NCBI GenBank assembly: GCA_017499595.2
Contig: CM038999.1
Location: 4,278,001 to 4,331,851 of the forward strand
Origin: Psilocybe cubensis
Taxonomy: Eukaryota
Length of the DNA stretch: 53,851 nt
Direction of reading: 5' to 3'
The notes beneath the pieces are model-generated. The model searched no databases. It was not told the DNA's origin and saw only the letters and a program-made list of their open reading frames with translations. A program made the position numbers and the translations under genes. Below are positions 1 through 12,221 of the stretch, in pieces. Each line of letters opens with the position of its first letter. Within the stretch, counting starts at the first letter, position 1.

Positions 1-1390
1 AGAGTGACATTGTACTGATCAAAAATGCGGTCGCAGTGATCCAAAAAGTTCTTGACGTCGACGTAAGATCCAGTGAATTTTGGAGCAGCACTAGATTTAG
101 GAACGAGCATATCGACAGGAGTACGTTGGATGATGGTAGTAGCCATAGTGGGAGTAGAGGATGGAAGCGGATTGCCAGAATCAGTCATAGCGTAAACCAG
201 TTACAGAGTCAGAAAGTGTTGCCTAGAATTGTTGCCTAAAGTTGCCTAGAGAATAGACCAGCGAAGTGAAATAACCTGTAAAGAAAAAGAGTCGAAATGG
301 ATGGAATGGAAGTGATAAAGTGGTAGATTGCTGTGTTCCTAATACAAAATCCTAATTAACCCTCCCTCGCGGTGGGCTCCAGATGAAGATCGAAGTTTGT
401 GATTGGTTATAAACTATATGTAATCCAACAAACACAAACTCCAGGGAAAGAGTGGTCCAGACTGGATAGAACGAAACCTTCTCCTAAGTTTCTTAAGGGA
501 GGACGCTGCCTAGGATTTAAGTAGATTAGGATGGTGTGGATTGTGAAGGGTAACGAAAGCGAAATAGTAAGAAGAGGATAACCGGGTCGTCTGGGTACGA
601 TAGTAAATAAGCCTTCCGAAAATGGGATGGAACCGTGGAATTGGATGGCGGGTGTATATGGAAAGCGTGAAGAAGATGCGTAGATTGCGTATGAGAAATC
701 AATAAATGTGAATCTTAGAGGGGTTGTCTGAAGTGAGTGGGGAACGTTCCAAGGGGAGATGAGGAGATGACTAGGAGTTGGGATGTCGTTGAATGGCTGA
801 ATCTTGATAAGCGGATGGTAAAGGCGAAAGTGTCCTTAAATTGACAATCTTTCTGATGCTTGGAATGAAGCTATACGTTGCGGGAGTATCAACTGAATCA
901 AGGGTGAAAGACTAAGTCTGTCTCGAATGAAATCACTCCAGATGAGTTGACGGAGGGAAAGAATGTCTTGAATACACTCCTAACGGCAATGGTTGGAAGG
1001 TGTAGAAGGAGTAGGAGCGGTGACGGATTGAACGGAGGAGGGAAAGTAGGGAAGTACTGGATGTCTGGATAGAAGTTGGATATTCAACGCTGAGAAGAAG
1101 AGGCGTTGGATGAGAAGGATGACTGGTCTCGGATGAAATCCTCTCTTAATGGAAAGCGAGATGACTTCGGATGAATGGAAGTAAACTTGGTTTCGACGGA
1201 GGGTGGAACTGATGACTGAAATAGACTTGGGTTTGGGCTTGGCTTGAACTTGAACTTGGAATTGAAATGAATCAATGTGGATTGACTTGAAATTGACTTG
1301 ACTTGGATGAAAATTGACTTGCTTTGAAGAAAGTGGGGACTGGGTGTAACTTTCCTGTCATTTCGTGTAATTCTACTACAGCTTTTATAC
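1..1390 (-). pseudogene. Possible degenerate gene or retroelement remnant
   Basis: Strong strand-compositional bias, Pro/Ser-rich short minus-strand ORF pieces and a TATAAAAG on the minus strand near 1381-1389; no recognisable domain. Confidence 0.2.
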
Positions 1391-1456
1391 TAAAAGCTAC
1401 GTGAACAAAATACCAATCTGAGCTACTGAAAACCGAGTCATATACTGTACAAAGTG

Positions 1457-1490
1457 TTAGGGTTTAGGGTTTAGGGTTTAGGGTTTAGGG
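1457..1490 (+). repeat. Interstitial (TTTAGGG)n tract priming PLE unit 1 (former chromosome end)
   Basis: ttagggtttagggtttagggtttagggtttaggg joined directly to the PLE 3' terminus GGGGGGGAGCGAGC. Confidence 0.9.
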
Positions 1491-1558
1491 GGGGAGCGAG
1501 CACCGAGCGAAGCGAGGTGCGAGCGACTAGTTTAAACTGGGAGTTAAAATGGAAAGAA

Positions 1559-1621
1559 GCCAGAGGGCTGTTGATTGATATCAGCAGCCAGCCCTTTCGT
1601 CTTTATAGACTCTTCAGTGGC
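1559..1621 (-). ncRNA. Type I hammerhead ribozyme in pLTR (unit 1); predicted cleavage between 1563 and 1562
   Basis: Minus strand reads GCCA-CUGAAGA-GUCU(AUAA)AGAC-GAAA-GGGCUG...CAGCCC-UC/UGGC: full core plus stems I, II and III. Confidence 0.9.
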
Positions 1622-2141
1622 TATTCTTAGAAGGAATGTTCTGGAACATCCGATGACAGCGCGTGAAGTGATGCTGCGCAGCTGTCATGTATCTTACCGA
1701 CTATCATAAATCTGTCAATGTTTATTGTCAAGTTAGACAAGTTTCTGATGAACAGAGTGTCACGGGTCAATGTGGCACATGGTAACCTGTCAAAAGTGGA
1801 TCCAACACTTTTGTTCTTTGACATCGTGGGTTATTGACTGTGATGTGAATCACATGGATATAGAGTACTCTTGTTACGTGGCTCCGAGTAACCGCGACAT
1901 GGGAATATTCACATGTCTAGAGTATAAATAGCTTACCTGGGTCCTTACCTAACAATCAATTGATTGATTGTTGTGAATCTTAATTGGACAGTTCATGATC
2001 CGGTCCATCAAAAATGTTTCCACGGTACTAAGGAACTTTTCCCGAGGTACTAAGTAACTTTTCCCATGTACTAAATTAGATCCGGCCCTTCACAATCACA
2101 TGCCGTTCGGAAGTTCACACGCCTACCTTACTTCCTACTAA

Positions 2142-2219
2142 GGTTAGACTTAGTTAGCTTAGGGTTGGGGTTAGGTTAGGGCTTAGGGTTTAGGGTTTAG
2201 GGTTTAGGTTTAGGTTTAG
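2142..2219 (+). repeat. Element-encoded degenerate telomeric tract within the PLE 3' UTR (present in every sufficiently long unit)
   Basis: ggttagacttagttagcttagggttggggttaggttagggcttagggtttagggtttagggtttaggtttaggtttag at the same position in each copy. Confidence 0.9.
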
Positions 2220-2331
2220 CTATTCAATCCAATGTGTTGCTTGTAAGTAGATGTTTGTTACTTTATAGCAAGGAATACTTACGGTTAGGGTTTTTTTCTA
2301 ATGCTTTACGCCTTACACGCTAGTATTCTTT

Positions 2332-5300
2332 TCATCGGTTGTAAGATTTGGATATTCTGCCGAATTCTGGATGTTCCCTCTCTTGTGAGATTGAACGTCT
2401 ATGAAGTATTATCTCGTTATCACTTTCGATACTTATCTGTTCAGCAGCTTCAACTAGAGCAGAATGATAAGTTTCATTAACGTTTTGAGTTTCGGGAACA
2501 ACACCACCTTTTTCAGCGATGTCTTCATCTAGTTTACGAAATACTGTTTTCTTCCAAACATTTGCAAGGTCGAAAAGATTAGTATTGCGTTTTCGCGATA
2601 CTATCCAACGACTTCCGAGTAGTCCTATCTTCCTCAAATCCGGTACGAACTCAGTTTCTCCGTCCACGAGGATCTGTGTGAACAGCTCCGGGCGAACATC
2701 ATCGAGGTCGTGAACGTAATTTGGATCTGGTTTGATAAGGGGTCTGGACGAGTCTGCACTATACAGACCTTTCTCGGCATGTTCATACCATGCCGACCAG
2801 TACTCGGTAACAGTTTTTCCAAGTTCAGCAGCTGAAAACCAATTCCATACCTGATCAAACCTGGTTTTAAGTACAAGAATGGATTCGTCGTGCTCTGCGA
2901 CTCGTAAAGCGAATCGCTTTTCCCAACGTTCTTGTATATTCTTCTTACACCAAGACATGACTAGGTTTTCGGGATAACCGCGCATCAAATAGAGAGCGTT
3001 AAGGTCTCTAATTGCTCCGATGTAGATTTCCTTGGTACTACATAGCACGGCTAACCTGGATAACTCTCCAATGTATACGCCACGTTTGACGTCCAAAGGA
3101 TGATGTGATACCCATGGAACTCGTTCTCGGTTGTTTCCTGTCTTGACAAATGGCTTCCAATGAAGTTTTCCAGACTCCTTGAATATGAAAGCATCGAGAA
3201 ATTGACATCCCGACGAGGAAACAGCCCATTTGATAACACAACCATCGAACTTTATTGTTTCTTTAATTAAATTAAGTGCAAGTGCTTCGGACTCGGCGTA
3301 AACAATTGCGAAACAATCGTCGATGTACCTTCCATAGAAGGCCACGTTTGGGTGGTCTAAGATTTTTGACTTTATTTCAAAATGGGCTCCAAAGAGGTTA
3401 GCAAGGTCGGGAGAATCCGCGACGCCCATTGCGAGGCCATTTTTTTGTCTAAAATATCTAGACCCATGTTGTGTTATCAATTGCGTATTGCCAATCTCGA
3501 TAGCACGTTTAAAGATGCCCAATTTAACCAAGTTATTCTCTAACGAATTTGGATTAATATGAGCTAATGCAGTGTTTTCTTCCGAAGCGTTGAGTAACCA
3601 TTCCTCGTACATACTACAAACGATTTCGATGCACAAGTCCAACGGAATATTGGGATAGAAAGCAACTACATCTCCAGTGACAAAATACCATTGTCTTTTG
3701 GAGTCTATACGCAATTGGCTTAATCTCGTAAAGAGATCCTTCGTTCCGTGTATGATTGAAGGAGTCGATTTAATAATCGGCTTAAGCTCTTTTGATACGA
3801 ACTTGGCTGCAGGATTAAATACTACAGAGTGACACGGAATTATGGGCCTAAATCCAGTAGGTTTTTTATGGATTTTAGGTATACCATGAAATTGAGGATA
3901 CTTGAACGATGATCCGTCTTCCGGTACATTTGATAGAAAAAATCGAGACAACCCAAGTTCAAATAGAAACAGATGTTCATCTTCGACAGTACGTGCGAGC
4001 GTTTGCATCTGAATCATTTTGCTCTTCATAACTTCTTGAGCAACTTCGAATTCTAACTCTTCGTAGTTGCGTTCATCTTCAAGAAGATTGAGCTCATTCC
4101 TTATTATCCAGTCGCGTTCAGACACCGCGAGGCCAAGATTCTTATCTGTCATCGTAATAACATAGTTGTTATCGATAAGAAACTTACGGATCTTGTCCCT
4201 TTTAGGAGAGAACGCGTGCTTTCGCATCTCCGTGAGGGCTTCTTCCGGGATACTTGCGATCGTGCGTTGCACGTACCGACGTCCCATTGAAAGGCCAAGT
4301 TCCATATATTGCGGTAATACAGGAGGTTTTTCTTTTTTCTTAGAACTTACTCCATAATCTGGATCAAAAGGTTTATTCATGCCTTCCTTAAACAAAAAAT
4401 AGATACGCCATCTTATTCTTCGTTGAAAATCATTCCATGCTTGCATGATCAGACTTTTAGAAGGCAGTGTGAAAAACATATAATTAAGTCCGAGCGACAA
4501 ATCATTTGCTATATCTACAGGGACCACCACACCAGGACTACAATGTACACTACTACGATACTGGCCAGCCAACAAGAATGAGATCGGCGTATGTAAGTGT
4601 ACGAAAGAAACCGCGTCTGTTTTAGTCATGGTGAGTATATCGTCAGGAATAGAGTTGGGGAAGGCGGGTCTCACCGACGTAAATGATGCTACAGTAGACC
4701 GCGCGTCTAGGCTCTTGCCTTTCCCTTTCCCTTTGGATCGTTGTTCTTGACGGGAGCTCTCCCCTTCCCTTTCTTCTTGTTGTCGACCTTGTTGGAAGCC
4801 TTGGTTTGAGGCTTGCGTTGTGAAGGCGTCGACGACGACTTGGGTTTCGAAGGGCCAGCTTTCCTGGCCTGAGGTTGAGGAGCCTTGGACGAATTCTGGC
4901 CAGACAAAGTCTGGGTAATTAGAGTAATAATTAGTGTCCAGAATTATGGGTGAAGGGTTACGAAAACTTGCCTTCTTGCCCACAGATCCAAGGTTGAGCT
5001 TTTTGAGACGTGCATTCAAGCCCTTATCAATAAGGGATTGAATCGACGGACCTGGTTTGGTCGCGTCGGCCATCTCGACATCGGCTGTTGCCGCAGTCGT
5101 CCGCTTTTTCTCAATCTTAATTGCCAAGGCGCGGTGGCGCATGTTGACAATTTGTTTGATATGAGAAAAGATCGCCGGCAGTATAGTTTGCAGCGCACTG
5201 CATTCGGCTTTCTTTTGCGGAGACACTACCCACTCTGCTATACGTCGGACTCCCTTGTTGTCTGTAGAGAAAACAGGGAGCTTGTAGCTGGATTTGCGGT

Positions 5301-5675
5301 CATCGTAAGTTGCCTTAACGATGAGGGCAGCAGCTTCGTAGCAAGAGTTGAGCGCGCATTTATCATCCCAAAAGGCCAGCTCGTCCTTTTTCGCCTGAAT
5401 GGCGCCGTCGTTAATCGCCTTTTGGAAGACGTCACGAGCGGTAGAGAACGTAGTGGAGACTCGAAGAGCCTCCGCTGACCCGGCATCCGCGAATTCCTTC
5501 GTGAGTTGGAACTCGGGCGCCTTCACCTTAAGGCGATTGGGCGTGTTGCCTGCGCTAACGGCAGATTCAAGGCGCTCGAGGCTAGCCTTGACTGTTTCTC
5601 TCTTATCGCACCACGATGCGAGGTTGAGAAGAAACTCCCTGAGGGCAGCACGATAGTCAAAAAAGACGCAGTCTA
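2332..5675 (-). CDS. PLE reverse transcriptase ORF, 5'-truncated (about the first 60 codons missing; ORF track starts at GTG 5526)
   Basis: PLE RT motifs TDKN, GIPKIHK..FRPII, GDVVAFYPNI, QKNGLAMG..SPDLANLF, YGRYIDDCF, FLD, SHHP, RGYP; no GIY-YIG domain. Confidence 0.9.
4911..4971 (-). other. 61-nt GC-AG spliceosomal intron inside the PLE ORF (unit 1)
   Basis: AAG/GCAAGT...CTAAT...CCCAG/ACT; removal shifts into a conserved Lys-rich frame ending at stop 4707. Confidence 0.75.
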
Positions 5676-5689
5676 GGGTTTAGGGTTTA

Positions 5690-6345
5690 GGGTGGGAGCG
5701 AGCACCGAGCGAAGCGAGGTGCGAGCGACTAGTTTAAACTGTGAGTTAAATGGAAAGTAGCCAGAGGGCTGTTGGGGGGTACCAACAACCAGCCCTTTCG
5801 TCTTTATAGACTCTTCAGTGGCTATTCTTAGAAGGAATGTTCTAGACATCCGATGACAGCGCGTGAAGTGATGCTGCGCAGCTGTCATGTATCTTACCGA
5901 CTATCACAAATCTGTCAATGTTTATTGTCAAGTTAGACAGGTCTCTGATGAACAGAGTGTCACGGGTCAATGTGGCACATGGTAACCTGTCAAAAGTGGA
6001 TCCAACACTTTTGTTCTTTGACATCGTGGATTATTGACTGTGATGTGAATCACATGGATATAAATTACTCTGGTTACGTGGCTCCGAGTAACCGCGACAT
6101 GGGAATATTCACATGTCTAGAGTATAAATAGCTTACCTGGGTCCTTACCTAACAATCAAACAATAGAATGATTGATTGTTGTGAATCTTAATTGGACAGT
6201 TCATGATCCGGTCCATCAAAAATGTTTCCACGGTACTAAGGAACTTTTCCCGAAGTACTAAGTAACTTTTCCCATGTACTAAATTAGATCCGGCCCTTCA
6301 CAATCACATGCCGTTCGGAAGTTCACACGCCTACCTTACTTCCTA
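5690..6345 (-). mobile_element. PLE unit 2, pLTR-only fragment with hammerhead at 5760-5822, joined to unrelated DNA without telomeric repeats
   Basis: Near-identical to 1488-2137; ends at CTTACTTCCTA|AGCTTATTC. Confidence 0.9.
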
Positions 6346-6516
6346 AGCTTATTCACCCCCAAAGGGGGGGCCTTCGTTGCATTGGGCCTCCTGTTCAGAA
6401 TTCCGGAAATCTGATGCCAGATTCGGATTCCTCGACCTCAAAAACCCCCAAATACACTTTCAAAATATTTTATTTTGTACATACGGAGGTGCTACATAAT
6501 TAAACATGTAATTTAT

Positions 6517-6759
6517 GGAGGCCGGCCTCCAAATTGATGGAGGCCACTGGAGGCCGGCCTCCAAATTGATGGAGGTCACTGGAGGCCGGCCTCCGTCTAA
6601 AAATATTTTTTGACAGGCACTGGAGGCCGGCCTCCGTCTAAAAATATTTTTTGACAGGCACTGGAGGCCGGCCTCCGTCTAAAAATAAATGCGTCGAGGC
6701 CACCTGAGGCCGGCCTCGATTTGTACGCGCGTCGTACGCACGAGTGGAGGCCGGCCTCC
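6517..6759. repeat. Array of 14-bp palindromes GGAGGCCGGCCTCC in 32-41 bp tandem units
   Basis: Palindrome at 6517, 6549, 6581, 6622, 6663 and 6746, with a 12-bp core at 6706. Confidence 0.9.
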
Positions 6760-8194
6760 CGCCTGTCTCCTGACGCCTGCGCTCGCCGTCCCAACACTTG
6801 CGCTCGCCGCCTGCCCGCCGCCTGCGCTCGCCGTCCCGACACTCGCACTCGCCGCTGCGTGTCGTTGCGCCGCCACCTCCGGGCCGCTGCTGCCACCGCC
6901 GCCTCCACTCGCCACAACATTGTTTGTCCTTGCTGTTGTCAAGGACATTCAAACTCCGAACCATGCAAAAAAGACCTCTCGTGTCAATTGTGCGCTTCAG
7001 CCGCCGCTGCCGCTGCCGCCTCCCCCACCCCGCCGCCAACGATTTGAGCCCTAAACCCGCGCCCCGCAACACGGCATCTCCGCCTCGGGCTGTCTTCTTT
7101 TGAAACATGCTCATTCCATCACAGTGCACTCGCAACCCACTCCCGCCGTGTTGCTCTCGTCCACGGCTTCTATTGCAATCACACTCCCCCCTTCCTTCTC
7201 ACGTCTCCCTCACATCCTCCTCCCCTCCTTGCTTGTCCTTCCGTCCCTCTCTGCACCAACGTAGGCACCCACAACACGTGTCTGCTTTCTGGGTGTCGAA
7301 ACGGTTGGGCCTCTCCATCTATGTGTCAATCAGCAGGTTGTCCGTCGTTGTCTGGAACAATGGCAAGGGAAGTGAGGTGTGGGGTGAAAGGAATTGCGAC
7401 GGGAGGGTGTTGTGGATGGGTGAAAGGCAGGGCAACGGGAGAGTGTTGTGTAATGGCACTCACCACTTTCTTCTTGTGTCTTCCTCACATCTTCATTTAC
7501 ACCTCCCCTCGCTCGTCTATCTGTCCATCTCTAAACCAATGCAAGCACCCGCTAAAGCGCGTCCGCTTTCTGAATGTCAAAACAGCTGATACATGCGACA
7601 AGACAGTGTCGGTTGCTGTCTGGCATGACGGCAAGGGCTGTAGGGTGTGAGATGAAAGGCAGAGCGACGGGAGGGTGCTGTAAATGACAGCGACGATGGG
7701 TTCCTCAGGTGAGTTAATCATTCGGGTTGTATTGCAATAACACTCACAAATGTCCTAACAACCTCTTCATCCACACCTTCTCTCACCCGCCTGTCCCATC
7801 CCTTTCTCTTTCTCTCTGCTCGGCACCTTGCAATGCTGTTTCTGCCTGACAGCCTCGGAACGCCTGGTACATATAAGGCAACCAAAAGGGGTCAGCGTTG
7901 ACAGGGTCTGCGATACCAAGAAGCAGCATACCTTCAAATGTCCGCGGCACAGTCCAAGAATACCATTTTGGGTGCAGAAATGACGAGTCCAAGTGTCGTC
8001 AGCCTACCCTGCATATGCAGCAGTTGGAAGGGACTGTCAAAGTGCGTCAATAATCAGACATGATGCTACTACATACCGTTGCTTACTTACTAGATCTTCA
8101 ACCTGTCCAGCACATTCCAGATTACTAACCAGCGCGCATTAGGAATCGACTTGCGATGTGATCTGGGACAGAAAAGTTGAGGGGATACATTATC

Positions 8195-8780
8195 AAGGTG
8201 AGTCAGTCATTTCTTTGTTGGTTGCTGCCGTTAACTCACTGGGTCGGTTCATCCTATGCAGCACGTCCCAGGTCTGCTGCGATCATGTTGCATATCCCTT
8301 CCTAGTCTCACCACCGCGTTGGGGTCTGCGATACCGACATGCAGCGTGTTCTAGAGCATCGGGCGTATAATACTTCAGGAGAGGAGGTGTGCTATTGAAT
8401 TCGGTCAGTTATTAGGATAATGACATGACTGCTTACTGTCGTTGATGACTTACTGTGTCCCACTTAACCTATGCAGCAGGTTCCTGGTCTCCGCATGTAT
8501 TGCAAATTACAGCTAGTCTTGCCACGGTGTTGAGGTCTGCGGGGCTGACATTCAACATGTTCCGGGGCGTCGGGCGGATAATTCTATAGCAGAGGGGGTG
8601 CGCTATCAAGGTGGGTCCATTATCAGCATCATGGTGTGGCTTCTTACCGTCATCAACTCACCGCATCCCATTCAACCTATGCTGTGGCAGGTTAGTACAC
8701 ATGTATCAGGCTTTGAAAAATGAACTCACGATGGCGTTGCGCTCTGTGGGCCCGACGTTGAGCATGGTCATGGGACAGTC
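8195..8780. repeat. Diverged ~190-200 bp tandem triplication
   Basis: Recurring CCTATGC..., CTAGTCT..CCAC.G.GTTG.GGTCTGCG and CGGGCG.ATAAT...AGAGG.GGTG.GCTAT blocks. Confidence 0.6.
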
Positions 8781-9175
8781 TGCAAAGGTGCGTCGTCAAC
8801 GTTCTGTGTGTTGCTTATACTCTGGCCTGACTCACCGTCATACCTGTGACCTGTACACAATTGAGGGCGCGTCAGACTCTGCTCAGCATCGGGTGGAATT
8901 AACTCACCATCGCATTCATGAAAACACCACCGTCGTTAAAGAAAAAGGTCCACGAGGAAAGGGCGGAGAGAAAAAGAGGGAACACGTTGTGTGCTTAGTG
9001 GACTTCCCTGCTGTTGTACTCGTGGTCCTGAACAGGACCGGGAGCGCGTCAGAAGCTATTCAGCATCGAGGGGATGCGACTCACCATTGCGTCAAGGTCC
9101 TCCCACCATGCTGCCGCCGTCGTCGATGAAGGAAGAGGATTTGAGAGCAAAGAGAAGAAGAGGGAATGAAGGAAT

Positions 9176-9288
9176 GAAGGATGCCAGCAAAGTGCGTGCC
9201 CCGTATATACCCGTGTGGTTCTAGTACTAGTGTTACTAGTACGCCCGTTACATGTCGTAAGTAGCCGAATATACAGATTTTTTTCTGC
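9176..9288 (-). promoter_or_regulatory. Dispersed duplicated promoter-like module (paralogues at 18756-18871 and, more diverged, 11593-11686)
   Basis: Shared GCAA.GTGCGTG.CC..TATATACCCG...GTGTTACTAGTACG...GTTACATGTCGTAAGT..CCGAATATACAGATTTTTTTCTG; TATA-like GGTATATA on the minus strand, upstream of GTGAGT-rich sequence. Confidence 0.45.
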
Positions 9289-11105
9289 CTCGCTTGTTTG
9301 TCTCGATTTTGTTATGCGCCTGTTGGGCCGATTGTGTGTTTGTGTTGAATCTACATTTCTGAACGCATTGTACTTTCCATTTGCATGATATTGTGTTTGA
9401 AGATTGACTGGAATAAACCCAGCTTTGAGACGTGCATGTTGCATCCTTCAGTCTTCGTGGGCTAACAACACTCAACAGAAGCATTTAATGCATACACACA
9501 AGTATACAGAACAACAAGATACAGATATTTATCGTACAAGCTATGATTAAAGCATGTAATTCATTGTATACGCCTTGATAATCAAAATAGCCCAAAGCGC
9601 GGATATCAAAATCTCAACGTATCTCAATCAATCTCTCCAAATTTTACGATTATTTTTCACTTGGGAACTCGTACGTACTGAGAAACATACACCTAAAACA
9701 CCCAGTTAACGAAATAGACGCAGAAATCGCGTTCTAGCACTCCCGGTGTGCAAACAATTGTCCTGGAGTTCACCCAGAGAATCCATCTTCTGAGCAGCAA
9801 CAAATGAATGCCGCTGCTTCAGCTAGTCGATCTGCCGTTATGGATAGCCAAGGGTTCTCGAGCTAGTGTCGTGTCGGAGCCAAAGTTGAAGAATGCGATT
9901 GAAATGGGGTGGAATGCTGATTTGGGAGAGGAGGAGCGGATCCGGTTAGATGGGGATTGAGTAGGCTGTTGGAAATGTTCAGCTGGGATGGTGGTTTAGA
10001 GGGGTGTGGTAGGGGTTTGCTGACGTCTATATCAGCTGAGTACAGGTATGTGATCTCTGTTTACAGTGTTATTGGTGTTGTACACAAAGATGCGCATTTT
10101 CGGCGCTTAATTGATGTTTACATTCAATGCAATGTTGTATATCACATTCCGGGCACAGTAAATCTCAAAGACATACGGACATTTTAGGTAACAATTTCAC
10201 TCCAATTAGGGGCGGCTTTACATTGAAATAGACGTATACTAGGTAAAAACCTTATTTGAATAATGAGGGCATGACTCCCCACGACAGAACGCGACTAGAA
10301 CAAAATTTCCGACCTACCAAGCATTACTCCGGGCTTAATCGGCAGACTTACATGACCACCAACGTACTCTGAAGCTCCTTTTTCCGGGAAAGACGCGGAA
10401 ACGAGGGTCTTTTTTACTTCTTTTTAGCTTTATGCTTTACTCTATTTGCACGCATGATTCTCTATCTCTTGATTTTGGTTCTTTTTCCCTTATCTCTTTT
10501 TATTATGCTCTTACATACACTTGTACATGATGCACCACATTTATTGCATTGGTTTTCTAGACTTATTGAATGTGGTTGCTGTTCACCAAATGAAACGAGT
10601 CTGCCGTGTCCAATTGCTGCTTACCCTCGCAGCAGTCAGTCTCTTCTCGCGTTTTCACAACGCGCCGTCCCGTGTTGCCCACGTATTCCATCTCCTTTCT
10701 AATGTCCTTCACGTCGCAAACACGCACGCCCACTCGTTTCCACCCAGTCATCGTCGTATCCCACAACAACATTGTTTGCAGGCACTCACCACCTCTTACC
10801 TCGTCTTGCGCCGTGCTGCAGTTGCAGAGGCCAGCCATATGTCTCCTTGCAGCCTGGCTCGTTGTTCCAGCCAACCCTTTCAGCGCTCAGTCCCAGTCCT
10901 GTCTTCAAGACACGTCGTAATACAGCAAGGTGGGTTAGCTCGTAACCTCCGACAGTCTTCACGTCAACGCCCCCTCCTCATCAACCTACAGTTGCTGCGA
11001 AACGACAAGGACACCGTCAGCGACCTTGTTTTCGTATGACAAATCTCTCAGCATCCCTCATCAGCACCTCACGTCGCATCCATGTACACTGTCAGTAGCC
11101 GTCGC

Positions 11106-11545
11106 TCACCTTTTTGGATCAACATGAGATGGGAATTCAAGTCTTGAGTGTCACATCGTGTCTGGTGTGTCTCTCAGTATGTCCAAGCGTCATCAGCGGC
11201 TCACTCACCGTGCATTCTCCAGCTACACTCGCATCGACGGGCCTGTGTTGTGCTCTGTCAGTACCCGTCCTTGAGCAGAAACACCCAGCTCACCTTTTTG
11301 GATCAACACACCGGCCGTTACATGAGATAGGAATGCAAGTACAGGGGACAACTCAGTTCTAAGAGAAGAAGGCGGTGAGTACAGTTACACACATTGTTTG
11401 TATGCTTGGCCTCACTCACCGTGCATTCTCCAGCTACACTCGCATAGACGGGACTGTGGTGTGCACTGTCAGTATCCGTCCTTGACCAGAAACACCGACT
11501 CACCTTTTTGGCCCACACCGTCCGTGGCATGAGATGGGAGCACAA
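11106..11545. repeat. Local diverged tandem duplication
   Basis: CTCACTCACCGTGCATTCTCCAGCTACACTCGCAT...CTCACCTTTTTGG repeated at about 11200 and 11411. Confidence 0.75.
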
Positions 11546-12018
11546 GTCGTAAGAGAGGAGAGGAGAAAAGGCGGTGAGTGGATGATGGAAACAAGCAAGG
11601 TTAGTACCCTTTATATACCTTCTGGGTGTTACGTACAATAGCCGCACTCTACCACCCGACATCCGAAAATACATCCTTTTTTCTGTTTTGCTAGTCCCGA
11701 TTCGCAATTTGCAACCGTTATGCAACTGCGGCAAACCCTCCGTCTGCACGAATGTTGAGATTTGAACAGTGCAGGTTTCGATGGTTCTACTTTTGTTTGG
11801 TGTTGACCAGCATCGAGATTGTGACTCTTGAAGTAAGCACGTCTCGTCAAGTCTTCTGAAATGGTGGTCAATAGCATGACATCACGGACTGCATTTGCAT
11901 TAAAGTATGCGCTCCGTCTGTATAGTTGCATTCAATGCACATATTCACAGTCAATACACATTCAAGTATTTAGTGTCATCTATCTACTATCCATATTCAC
12001 ATTCACGAACATACAATT

Positions 12019-12221
12019 AACACAATGTAACACCTACACCACAAAGCACATATTAGCCTTGGTTAGGGTTGGTGATGACCACAAAAATACAGATTAGGAT
12101 GGTTTAGGGTTTAGGTTTTAGGGTTGGTTGGGATTTGATAATACCATAAAAGCACAGATTAGGCTGGTTAGGGTTGGTAAATACAATTATATATGTAGCA
12201 GGTTAGGGTTGGTGTGTATGT
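12019..12221 (+). repeat. ~200-bp dispersed module with degenerate TTAGGG/TTAGGGTTGG repeats, copy 1
   Basis: TACACCACAAAGCACATATTAGC..TGGTTAGGGTT...GACCACAAAAATACA.ATTAGGATGGTTTAGGG shared with copies at 19943 and 23652. Confidence 0.85.

Larger units (their letters stand above)
1488..5675 (-). mobile_element. Telomeric EN-less Penelope-like element (Coprina-like) unit 1, 5'-truncated
   Basis: ~850-bp 3' UTR/pLTR plus RT ORF; truncated at ...GACGCAGTC and followed by TAGGGTTTAGGG. Confidence 0.93.

Noticed and set aside
1627-1824. Recurrent 60-65 aa ORF MSKNKSVGSTFDRLPC... in each pLTR
   Set aside because: It recurs only because the pLTR is repeated; the stop position varies and there is no recognisable motif.
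5038-5478. Antisense 146-aa ORFs opposite the PLE N-terminus (also 37859 and 49108)
   Set aside because: Shadow of the sense ORF; interrupted in the unit 8 copy.
6517-6759. CRISPR array
   Set aside because: Eukaryotic context; the spacers are themselves repeated and there are no cas genes.
6597-7135. Overlapping 90-165 aa ORFs in several frames
   Set aside because: Artefact of GC-rich low-complexity sequence lacking stop codons.
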